From contig OZ253580.1 of assembly GCA_965263035.1 (NCBI GenBank), forward strand, positions 3,296,001 through 3,360,000: a stretch of 64,000 nucleotides of DNA. Reading direction: 5' to 3'. Below, one piece after another: positions 1 to 7,604 of the stretch; position 1 is the first letter of the stretch; each line of letters opens with the position of its first letter. The notes under the pieces were generated by a model. It saw only the letters and a program-made list of their open reading frames with translations. It had not been told where the DNA came from and ran no database searches. Both the position numbers and the translations under genes were made by a program. Source of the stretch: Acidobacteriota bacterium. Its GTDB lineage: Bacteria; Acidobacteriota; UBA6911; RPQK01; JAJDTT01.

Positions 1-900
1 CAAAAGGATGCCGGTTCCGGTATCTCCAGAGTCGAAGTCGAGATGCAGCTGGAGCACATCCGGGTCACTTTCCTGGTGCGTGACGATCGGGGCCATCTGA
101 TCCGAGATCTATCGAAAGACGACTTCGTTGTCCTGGAGAATGGCCGGCCCCAGAACATCACCATGCTTGAGGAGCAGGAGGTTTCCATCAACGTGGCGGT
201 CATGTTGGATTCCAGCTGGAGCCTCCAGGACCTCCTGAAGAATGCCGTGGAGACGGCTATCGACTTCTTCCGCGGGCTGGAGCACGAAAGTGCGGCCGTC
301 GTCCGATTCTCCCAAACTCCCGAGTTGATCCTGGACTGGGACGAGAGACCGCAGGATATCCGGTCGCTGATGGCGCGCGTCTCCAGCGACGGCAAGACGG
401 CTCTCTACGATTCGGTGATCTGGGTCTGCCGAAACGTCCTGAAGTCTCGACCAGGCAAGAAAGTGGTCGTTCTGATCAGCGACGGAATAGACACCGCCAG
501 CAGAGCCAGTTTCCGCGACATGATCAGAGTCTCGCGCCAGGAGGGAGTCACCGTCTACCCCATCATCTACACCAACCGGTTCATCGAGAACTACCGCCGG
601 GAGTTGGGCGAACGAGAGGCGCCGATCCGGAGCACCATCAGTCGCGCCTTCCACCGATTTGTCGTCGCCCAGAACCGATTTCTCGATCAGACTCGGCGCT
701 ATGGGGGACGGACCATCTTCTCGGACTCCTTTCTCGATCTGCAACAGATCTACACGGACATCATCGAAGAGATGAAGAGCCACTACGTCCTGTATTATCA
801 GTCTGACGCGCGAGATGAGCGAGATGAGGAAGAGTCGCGCGAAGTCCGGATGTTCACCCGACGTATTCCGGGAAGGATTTTCGTCGAGATCAGTCAGTGA
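1..900 (+). CDS. VWA domain protein, Acidobacterial VWFA-related type (probably 5'-partial)
   Basis: DSSWS MIDAS motif, TALYDS, LISDGID, and the N-terminal 'V.D..G..I.DL.K.DF...ENG..Q.I' segment typical of this family. The frame is open from base 1. Confidence 0.85.
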   Translation, partial: QKDAGSGISRVEVEMQLEHIRVTFLVRDDRGHLIRDLSKDDFVVLENGRPQNITMLEEQEVSINVAVMLDSSWSLQDLLKNAVETAIDFFRGLEHESAAVVRFSQTPELILDWDERPQDIRSLMARVSSDGKTALYDSVIWVCRNVLKSRPGKKVVVLISDGIDTASRASFRDMIRVSRQEGVTVYPIIYTNRFIENYRRELGEREAPIRSTISRAFHRFVVAQNRFLDQTRRYGGRTIFSDSFLDLQQIYTDIIEEMKSHYVLYYQSDARDERDEEESREVRMFTRRIPGRIFVEISQ

Positions 901-988
901 CGGGGCGCGCCGCTGGATTGAAGGGGCGTGTAGAATAGAGGGGCAACGTTTCCGCCGGCCAACGTTCTCTAGAGACTGGAAGTGAGAT

Positions 989-2068
989 ATGAGTGACAAG
1001 CAGGAGATTCTGGAGGCGCTGAGAAGAGTTCAGGACCCGGATCTCCGACGAGATATCGTTTCCCTCGGGTTCGTCAAGGAAGTCAAGCTCTGCGGCCCGG
1101 CGGCCGCCGTCACCATCGAACTGACCACGCCGGCCTGTCCGGTGAAGGATCTGATGAAGGAGCAGGCGCGGCAAGCTATCTTGTCGGTGCCGGGAATCGA
1201 AGAGGCCCACGTCACCATGACGGCGCAGGTGCGATCCTCGATGGGATCCCGAGGGGCCGCCCTTCTGCCCGACGTGAAGAACGTCATCCCGGTGGCCAGC
1301 GGAAAGGGCGGCGTAGGGAAGTCGACAGTGAGCGCCAACCTGGCTCTGGCTCTGGCCCGGAGCGGGGCAAGTGTCGGCCTGTTGGATGCCGACGTCTATG
1401 GGCCCAGCATTCCCACTCTCATGGGGATCACCGGTAAGCCGGACATGGCGCCCGGGAACCGCATCCTCCCGATCCGGCAGTACGGCGTCGGCGTCATCTC
1501 CATGGGATTCTTCCTCCCCAGCGACAAGGCCGTCATCTGGCGGGGTCCCATGCTGGACAAGATGATCGGCCAGTTCCTGGGCGGCGTTCAATGGGGGGCG
1601 CTGGACTATCTGGTGATCGATCTGCCGCCGGGTACGGGGGACGTTCAGTTGAGCCTCTGCCAGAAGATCTCCCTGACCGGAGCCGTCGTCGTCTCAACCC
1701 CGCAGGACGTGGCCCTGAACGTGGCTCAGAAGGCTATCATCATGTTCAACCAGTTGAACTGTCCCGTCCTTGGGATGGTGGAGAACATGAGCTACTACGT
1801 CTGCAGTTGCTGCGGCACGCGAGAGGCCATCTTCGGATCCGGAGGCGCGCAGCGGGTCAGTGAGCAACTGGAGCTTCCGCTGTTGGGGGACATCCCTCTC
1901 TCCACCGACATTCGAGTTCAGTCCGACCGGGGCCGTCCCATCGTTCTGGATGCTCCCGAGTCGCTGGCCGCCCGATCCTTCGTGAGCGTGGCCGAAAACC
2001 TCGCGGCGCAGATCAGCATCCGCAACATGTCCAGCGAGCTGAATCAGGAGATTCAGATCGCATTCTAG
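989..2068 (+). CDS. mrp: Mrp/NBP35 (ApbC) iron-sulfur cluster carrier ATPase with N-terminal DUF59 domain
   Basis: VQDPDL/LTTPACP (DUF59), SGKGGVGKST deviant Walker A, DADVYGPS, IWRGPM, DLPPGTGD, ENMSxxxCxxC. Confidence 0.95.
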   Translation: MSDKQEILEALRRVQDPDLRRDIVSLGFVKEVKLCGPAAAVTIELTTPACPVKDLMKEQARQAILSVPGIEEAHVTMTAQVRSSMGSRGAALLPDVKNVIPVASGKGGVGKSTVSANLALALARSGASVGLLDADVYGPSIPTLMGITGKPDMAPGNRILPIRQYGVGVISMGFFLPSDKAVIWRGPMLDKMIGQFLGGVQWGALDYLVIDLPPGTGDVQLSLCQKISLTGAVVVSTPQDVALNVAQKAIIMFNQLNCPVLGMVENMSYYVCSCCGTREAIFGSGGAQRVSEQLELPLLGDIPLSTDIRVQSDRGRPIVLDAPESLAARSFVSVAENLAAQISIRNMSSELNQEIQIAF

Positions 2069-2081
2069 GTCAAGCGGGCAG

Positions 2082-2390
2082 TTGAACATTCCTCGCCGGA
2101 TCAGCCGGGCCAATCAGCACGATGTCGCCATTGCCTGGAGTGACGGACACCAGAGTCTCTATCCGGCTCGAGATCTCAGGCTCGCCTGCCCCTGTGCCTC
2201 CTGCGTCGACGAAATGACGGGCCTGCGCATCCTGCTGCCGGGCCAAGTCAACCAGGGTATCGCTCCAGCGTCTCTCGAGTTGGTGGGGCGTTACGCAATC
2301 CGGATCTGGTGGCAGGACGGGCACTCCAGCGGCATCTACACCTTCGACTACCTGAGGGACCTTTGCCCCTGCCAGGAGTGCCGGGGCTGA
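2082..2390 (+). CDS. DUF971 / gamma-butyrobetaine hydroxylase-like N-terminal domain protein
   Basis: WSDGH, LRLACPCASC, VGRYAI, DGHSSGIYTFDYL; directly downstream of mrp. Confidence 0.9.
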   Translation: MNIPRRISRANQHDVAIAWSDGHQSLYPARDLRLACPCASCVDEMTGLRILLPGQVNQGIAPASLELVGRYAIRIWWQDGHSSGIYTFDYLRDLCPCQECRG

Positions 2391-2391
2391 T

Positions 2392-3192
2392 TCAGACGGT
2401 CTTCTTGAGTTGACGGCGGCCCACCCAGGCCGTCGCACGGGCGGTCAGGGCCGGCGATAGACGGTTCAAGCCGATGAGCAGCCTTCCGAGTCCCGTCATG
2501 TGAACTTCCCGGCGCCGGCGCCGGACCGCACTGACGATGGCGCGCGCCACCGATTCCGAGGTGTCCGGCCGGAATGGCCTGCTGGCGGCCTGGGCGCTTT
2601 CGCTCCGCGTGGCCGCCTCGTGAAACTCGGTCGCCGTATATCCGGGACAGATGAGGCTGACCCCCACGCCACTCCCCCTGAGTTCGCCCCAGAGCGATTC
2701 GGCCAGTGCCGCCTGCGCGAACTTGGTCACGCAGTACGCCGAGTTGAAGGGCATGGCCCTTTTGCCGATGATGCTGCTGACCAGAACGATGTGTCCGCTT
2801 CCTTGCCGAAGCAGCCCGGGAAGGGCGGCATGGATGGTCTCGTATCCGGACTGGAAGTTGACCCGCCAGATGCGATTCACCGTCTCCGGGGGAATCTCGA
2901 CCACCGGGCCAACGACACCGTAACCGGCATTCGAGACAACCACGTCGAGACCCTGGAGATGCTGGCGGCACTCGTGGACGATGGCCGTCCCGCGGTCCGG
3001 CTGACTCAGATCGTGGGATGCCCAGAGGGCTTGGGGAGCACCTCTGCGGCGGCACTCGCCGGCCACCTGCTCCAACCGTTCGCTTCGTCGGGCCACCAGA
3101 AAGAGCTCGCACCCTTCCTCGGCAAACGCGTAGGCAGTGGCTTCACCGATTCCGGCCGACGCCCCGGTGATGAGGACCTTCTTGTGGTGCAT
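2392..3192 (-). CDS. SDR family NAD(P)-dependent oxidoreductase
   Basis: ITGASAGIG, VSNAG, SS, YCVTK catalytic YxxxK; ATG at 3192 preferred. Confidence 0.92.
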   Translation of the reverse strand: MHHKKVLITGASAGIGEATAYAFAEEGCELFLVARRSERLEQVAGECRRRGAPQALWASHDLSQPDRGTAIVHECRQHLQGLDVVVSNAGYGVVGPVVEIPPETVNRIWRVNFQSGYETIHAALPGLLRQGSGHIVLVSSIIGKRAMPFNSAYCVTKFAQAALAESLWGELRGSGVGVSLICPGYTATEFHEAATRSESAQAASRPFRPDTSESVARAIVSAVRRRRREVHMTGLGRLLIGLNRLSPALTARATAWVGRRQLKKTV

Positions 3193-3282
3193 GGATCTGC
3201 GATTCGACGGCGTCCTTGGCTCAGCGGCCAAAGCCGATCCGCAGCCGCCGTGACGGGTCGAGCCCGTCCGTTCCCGGGTGGT

Positions 3283-4065
3283 TCATCTCCGAGTCTTGGC
3301 CAGAATCATTGCACCTCTCCAGCGGATTGCCTTGAGTCGCTCCAGCTTCATCTCGAGGGAAGTGCCGGGCAGGTCGCTGTCCGCCAGGGTCAGGAGCAGG
3401 GGGATGGTCCTTCCCGACTTGGGTTTGATGCTCATCTCCTTCCAGGAGAAGAGGACCTCCAAGGTGGCGGTGTGCTGTTTCTGCCTGGCCGTGACGATGG
3501 GAGCGGAGGTGGCGGTCTCCATGCCCTTGTAACCCTTCAGCAGGCGGTGCCATCCAAAGGGTCCCCGGCTTTCGATTCGCGGCGTCAACCAGAAGGTGTA
3601 GTCATAGTCGGAGCGGCGAATGTGGAATTTCAGGTAGTCGTAGAAGAGTGTCCGGTCCCGGCGCCTCCGATCCGGGGTCAGCCAGACCGCATCCCGCCTG
3701 CGGACGCGCTCGATATCCCAGATGTCGTCGGTCCAGTGCATCGCCAGATAGAGATTTTCCTTGTCCCAGAGGCCCTGAACTCGAAGCTCGACGTCTCCTT
3801 CCTTGAACCCCTCGTCGCCGCTTGAGGGTGAGAGCTTCAACCAGGGAACTCCCTGCCACTCGTCGGTGAATCCGTCGATCTGGATGTGTCTCTGCCGTTC
3901 AGGAATCTCCCAGCGCTGCTGCGCCCGAACCGGGACGTCACCCAGGAAGAAACAAGCCAGAAGAGTCAATGATGCTGTTTTGGGAACTAGGAGTCTGCGC
4001 GGTAGAAATGATCGCAGCGAGAAAGTGGGGAATCGAGGCCAGATTTTCTCGATTTTGAGGTGCAT
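3283..4065 (-). CDS. Secreted CBM9/DOMON-like sugar-binding protein whose 5' end is disrupted or replaced by a MITE
   Basis: IQIDGFTDEW and LWDKENLYLA motifs (CBM9_1-like); hydrophobic signal ending VRA-Q. The upstream ORF part lies inside the 3987-4153 element. Confidence 0.65.
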   Translation of the reverse strand: MHLKIEKIWPRFPTFSLRSFLPRRLLVPKTASLTLLACFFLGDVPVRAQQRWEIPERQRHIQIDGFTDEWQGVPWLKLSPSSGDEGFKEGDVELRVQGLWDKENLYLAMHWTDDIWDIERVRRRDAVWLTPDRRRRDRTLFYDYLKFHIRRSDYDYTFWLTPRIESRGPFGWHRLLKGYKGMETATSAPIVTARQKQHTATLEVLFSWKEMSIKPKSGRTIPLLLTLADSDLPGTSLEMKLERLKAIRWRGAMILAKTRR

Positions 4066-4153
4066 AGTTGTTCTATTCGCCGAGAAATCGGGGAAATCTG
4101 GACCGATTCTACCGCTTTCGCAGTAGATCAATTTCTGCGGCGCAGGCTCCTAG
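3987..4153. mobile_element. MITE copy 1 (~165 bp, imperfect TIRs, CTAG at both ends)
   Basis: Left end CTAGGAGTCTGCGCGGTAGAAATGATC vs reverse complement of right end CTAGGAGCCTGCGCCGCAGAAATTGATC; near-identical inverted copy at 16249-16415; no transposase. Confidence 0.85.
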
Positions 4154-4239
4154 CCCACGCTGGCTCCAAGTCAAGGTCTTCACCCCTCCACTGATCCGGT
4201 CAGAGTCTTCAGGAGCAAACGCATTGTAGCACCCAGACA

Positions 4240-4434
4240 CGGGATAAGGAGGAAAGAGCAAAGAGGAAAGAGTGAAGAAAGGCGCGTAGTTTACGCGTAG
4301 CGGGCACGTCTACCGAAAACGATCTGGTTAAGGATTCTGGAGCCAGATTGGTTCGAAGGCTTGTTTCTTCCATGAATCCCCCGGAGCCCAGCCGGTGAGG
4401 GAGCTTTCCTCTTTCCTCATTTCCTCCTCTCCCG
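4240..4434. repeat. ~195-bp element bounded by ~31-bp imperfect inverted repeats, with internal hairpins (candidate ncRNA or second MITE type)
   Basis: CGGGATAAGGAGGAAAGAGCAAAGAGGAAAG (4240-4270) pairs with CTTTCCTCTTTCCTCATTTCCTCCTCTCCCG (4404-4434); internal stems CGCGTA/TACGCG and CGATCTGGTT/AGCCAGATTG. Confidence 0.45.
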
Positions 4435-4504
4435 GGGGTTGTCAGACAGTCCACATGGAGCGTAATCTCTGCCGGGAGCCGGAGTAAGCCCGGCGGTCAC
4501 GACG

Positions 4505-4930
4505 ATGGTAAAGATGCCCTCCGTTCTTTTCGTATGTACCGGCAACTCCGCCCGCAGCCAGATGGCCGAGGGCTTCGCTCGGCGCCATGGTTTGAAATGG
4601 GTCCGGGCGGAGAGCGCGGGGTTCCGCCCAGCCGGTCTCAACCCGTATGCCGTCTGGGCCATGAACGAGGTGGGCATCGATATCTCGCAGCAGACCTCCG
4701 ACGTGTTGGGAGACAAGGATCTCCGGCGCTACGATCATTTCATTACCCTGTGCCGGAACGCCCGGGACTCATGTCCGGTGCTGCCGGCGGAGCTTCGATC
4801 GGAGCATTGGGACCTTCCCGACCCGGCGCGGATCTGGGGGACCCCGGAGGAAAGGATGAGCGGCTTTCGGGTGGTCCGATACCTGATCGAGCAACGGGTC
4901 CTGGAACTGCTGAATCGGCTCACTCGTTGA
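4505..4930 (+). CDS. arsC: Arsenate reductase ArsC / low-molecular-weight PTP family
   Basis: P-loop CTGNSARSQMAEG, ITLC...SCP redox cysteines, HWDLPDP. Confidence 0.8.
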   Translation: MVKMPSVLFVCTGNSARSQMAEGFARRHGLKWVRAESAGFRPAGLNPYAVWAMNEVGIDISQQTSDVLGDKDLRRYDHFITLCRNARDSCPVLPAELRSEHWDLPDPARIWGTPEERMSGFRVVRYLIEQRVLELLNRLTR

Positions 4931-4975
4931 GGAAGTATGTGACGGCTGATGTTGGAGGCTGCTAGAATCCAAGTC

Positions 4976-5266
4976 ATGGTCCGGTCTTTTCTCTGCGCCG
5001 TATTGTTGCTCACGCTCCTTCAACCCGCCTGCTTCTGGCGGAAGAAACCCATCGAAGAAAGGGTCTTCGACGTCTATGGGACGGTGGAGTCCATCACCCC
5101 GGACGAGTTGGTCGTCACCGCCCGCAAGAAGGGCCGCCTCACCTTCGCCATGACCGACGCCTCCATCAAGGGAGGGGAATTCGGACCCGGCGCCTACGTC
5201 CACACCTACTACAAGCTCAAGGGGGACGTGAAGGAGGTGACCATGGTCGTCGAGAAAATCGATTGA
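4976..5266 (+). CDS. Hypothetical small lipoprotein (OB-fold/DUF5666-like)
   Basis: Hydrophobic N-terminus ending QPAC; beta-rich body; host-like codon usage. Confidence 0.65.
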   Translation: MVRSFLCAVLLLTLLQPACFWRKKPIEERVFDVYGTVESITPDELVVTARKKGRLTFAMTDASIKGGEFGPGAYVHTYYKLKGDVKEVTMVVEKID

Positions 5267-6081
5267 CACTGAACCGGGAGGCCATGAGCGGACCGATTCG
5301 ACTCCCCGAGGATTTCGATCGTTACCTGGCGATACCCAACGGCGAGGCTCGCTTGGAAGAGGCCTTGGAAGTGGGGGAAAAGATGGCCGGGGCCGGGATT
5401 CCCCTGCTTCCCAATCCGGACCATGCGGCCGTCTTCAGCGATCCTCCGCATCTGGTCGCCGGACCGCTGAGGGAACTGGGGTATGTGGCCGGATGGGACA
5501 CTCGCTGCTACCCCTCACCGGTGGACGGCCACGACTACATCAACGTTCCTTCGGGCCTGCCGGGAAACAGCGCCGCCAGAGACCGGGGCTGGTTCGACTA
5601 CGTCGCCGTGGTCCATCCGGTCGATGAGTCGGCCCGGGATCACATGCTCCGGCAGGGACACGGCAATCCATTCATCCATCACATCACGTGGGGTATCCAG
5701 CCGCCGGATTCAGGAGGTTCGGAAGATTCTCTGGAGCGAGCCGGCCGGATCATCTCCTTCATGGCTGAAGTCAGGACCCGGATCCCAGGCTTGCTGGCCT
5801 CGGAGCCGGGAACGCTGATCATGGCCCTTCCCCGGGAGATCGCCGAAAACCCGGAGTTGGAACGCCGGCTACCCGATTGGCTCGGTGATTTGACGGAGGA
5901 GGATTACCAGATCGAGACCATGCAGGGAGGCGGGTTCCTGCTTCAGTTCTTCGTCCTGACCGGCGGCAGAATCGAGGTCGCCCTTCGCTCCGGCACACGG
6001 CAGACCTTCAACCCCAAGAGCGTCCACAAGATCTCCCGCGACGAGATCAGCACCGATCAGATCGACAAACCTCAGATGTGA
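5263..6081 (+). CDS. Hypothetical protein, possible VOC/HPPD-like metalloenzyme
   Basis: 272-aa ORF coupled to the upstream stop (TTGA); DH, HHITW, LLQFF and IEVALR segments resemble HPPD C-terminal motifs. Confidence 0.65.
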   Translation: MTLNREAMSGPIRLPEDFDRYLAIPNGEARLEEALEVGEKMAGAGIPLLPNPDHAAVFSDPPHLVAGPLRELGYVAGWDTRCYPSPVDGHDYINVPSGLPGNSAARDRGWFDYVAVVHPVDESARDHMLRQGHGNPFIHHITWGIQPPDSGGSEDSLERAGRIISFMAEVRTRIPGLLASEPGTLIMALPREIAENPELERRLPDWLGDLTEEDYQIETMQGGGFLLQFFVLTGGRIEVALRSGTRQTFNPKSVHKISRDEISTDQIDKPQM

Positions 6082-6114
6082 CGAGCGTTGGCGAACCCGG
6101 CGCCGGGTTTTTCT

Positions 6115-7527
6115 TCACCGGCGTGCGTCCGGGCTTCGGTGGGCGAGTCTGTCTTCACCGAGAACCATCTGGGACTGGTGGTCGGCGACCAGCGTCTCGA
6201 TGCTCTGAATCACGTCCGGGTAGAGGTGGGCCACGTCGTACTGCTCACCGGGGTCCCGGTCCAGGTGGTACAGCAACGGCGGATCGTGGTGCGTCTCGGC
6301 TTCGGTCCGGCCGGTGTAGACCGGCTTGGTGATGAAGTGAGCCTTGAATTCGCCCTGTCGGACGGCGTAGAGCTTCGACTCCCGGTAGAAGAACATGTTC
6401 TTGCGCGGGCTCTCGCCGCTGCCGAACAGAGCCGGAGTCAGATCGTAGCTGTCCATCACCCGGTCGGACGGCAGTTCGGCGCCGGTGAGAGCGCAGAAGG
6501 TGGCGAACAGGTCCAGCGTGGAGCCGATCCCCATCACGACCCCCTTGGCGAGCCGCCCCGGCCACCAGAAAATGGTGGGTTCCCGCATACCCCCTTCCCA
6601 GGTCGCCCCCTTGCCCTCGCGGAGCAATCCCGCCGAGCCGCCATGCTCTTTGTAGGGAAGCCAGGGGCCGTTGTCCGAGGTGAACACCACCAGCGAGCGC
6701 TCGGCAATGTCCAGGTCGGTGAGGGCCTGCATGATCTGTCCCACGCCGTGGTCGATCTCTTCCACCACGTCGCCGTAAAGACCTCGTTTGCTGGTCCCCA
6801 GGAAGCCCTCCGACGCGAACAGCGGCACGTGGGGCAGGTTGTGGGCCAGATAGAGGAAGAAAGGCCGCTCCCGGTTCTCCCGAATGAACCGGACCGCTTC
6901 TTCGGAATACCGCTTGGTGATGGTCCGCTGGTCGGCCGGCCGTTCCACGACCTCCCGGTTTCGGAGCAGGGGGACGTTCCAATACTCGACTCGCGCCCTC
7001 TTCACCAGATCCCGGGTCGATCCTTTCCGCGTCTGGTCCATGTCGTTGGAATAGGGGATGCCGAAGTAGGAATCGAAGCCGTTGTTGGTGGGCAGATATT
7101 GGGGCAGGTGCCCAAGGTGCCACTTCCCGACGCAGCCGGTGGCGTAACCTTCAGCCCGGAGCGCCTCCGCCAGCGTGACCTCGTTTGCGGGAATTCCGCT
7201 TGCGGAATCGGGGAACAGCACCCGGTTCTTCGGACTCATCATGCCGTTGCGCACCGGCAGCCGTCCCGTGAGGAGAGCGGCTCGGCTGGGGGTGCAGACG
7301 CTGGCGGCCGCGTAGAAGTGAGTCCACTTCTGCCCCTCCTGGGCCATACGGTCCAGATTCGGAGTCCGAATGGTGGGATGCCCGAAGCTGCCCAGGTCTC
7401 CGTACCCCAGGTCGTCGCAGAAGATGACGATCAGGTTGGGCCGGAGTGCCTCAGGTGGTGCTTGGCAGGAGAGAAGCGAGAGCGTCAGGATCAGAAACGA
7501 GGACACGGCAAATTGAGGATGTCTCAT
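6115..7527 (-). CDS. Sulfatase (arylsulfatase A-like, S1 family), lipoprotein
   Basis: PNLIVIFCDDLGYGD, CTPSRAALLTGR, GKWHLG, SDNG, EGGMREP; lipobox LLSC. Confidence 0.95.
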   Translation of the reverse strand: MRHPQFAVSSFLILTLSLLSCQAPPEALRPNLIVIFCDDLGYGDLGSFGHPTIRTPNLDRMAQEGQKWTHFYAAASVCTPSRAALLTGRLPVRNGMMSPKNRVLFPDSASGIPANEVTLAEALRAEGYATGCVGKWHLGHLPQYLPTNNGFDSYFGIPYSNDMDQTRKGSTRDLVKRARVEYWNVPLLRNREVVERPADQRTITKRYSEEAVRFIRENRERPFFLYLAHNLPHVPLFASEGFLGTSKRGLYGDVVEEIDHGVGQIMQALTDLDIAERSLVVFTSDNGPWLPYKEHGGSAGLLREGKGATWEGGMREPTIFWWPGRLAKGVVMGIGSTLDLFATFCALTGAELPSDRVMDSYDLTPALFGSGESPRKNMFFYRESKLYAVRQGEFKAHFITKPVYTGRTEAETHHDPPLLYHLDRDPGEQYDVAHLYPDVIQSIETLVADHQSQMVLGEDRLAHRSPDARR

Positions 7528-7604
7528 GAATGAATCTCTCTACTCCAGGGTGGCATGCGAAGCGGCCCTGACCACGGCATCCACGTAACGCTCCAAAGCC
7601 TTGC

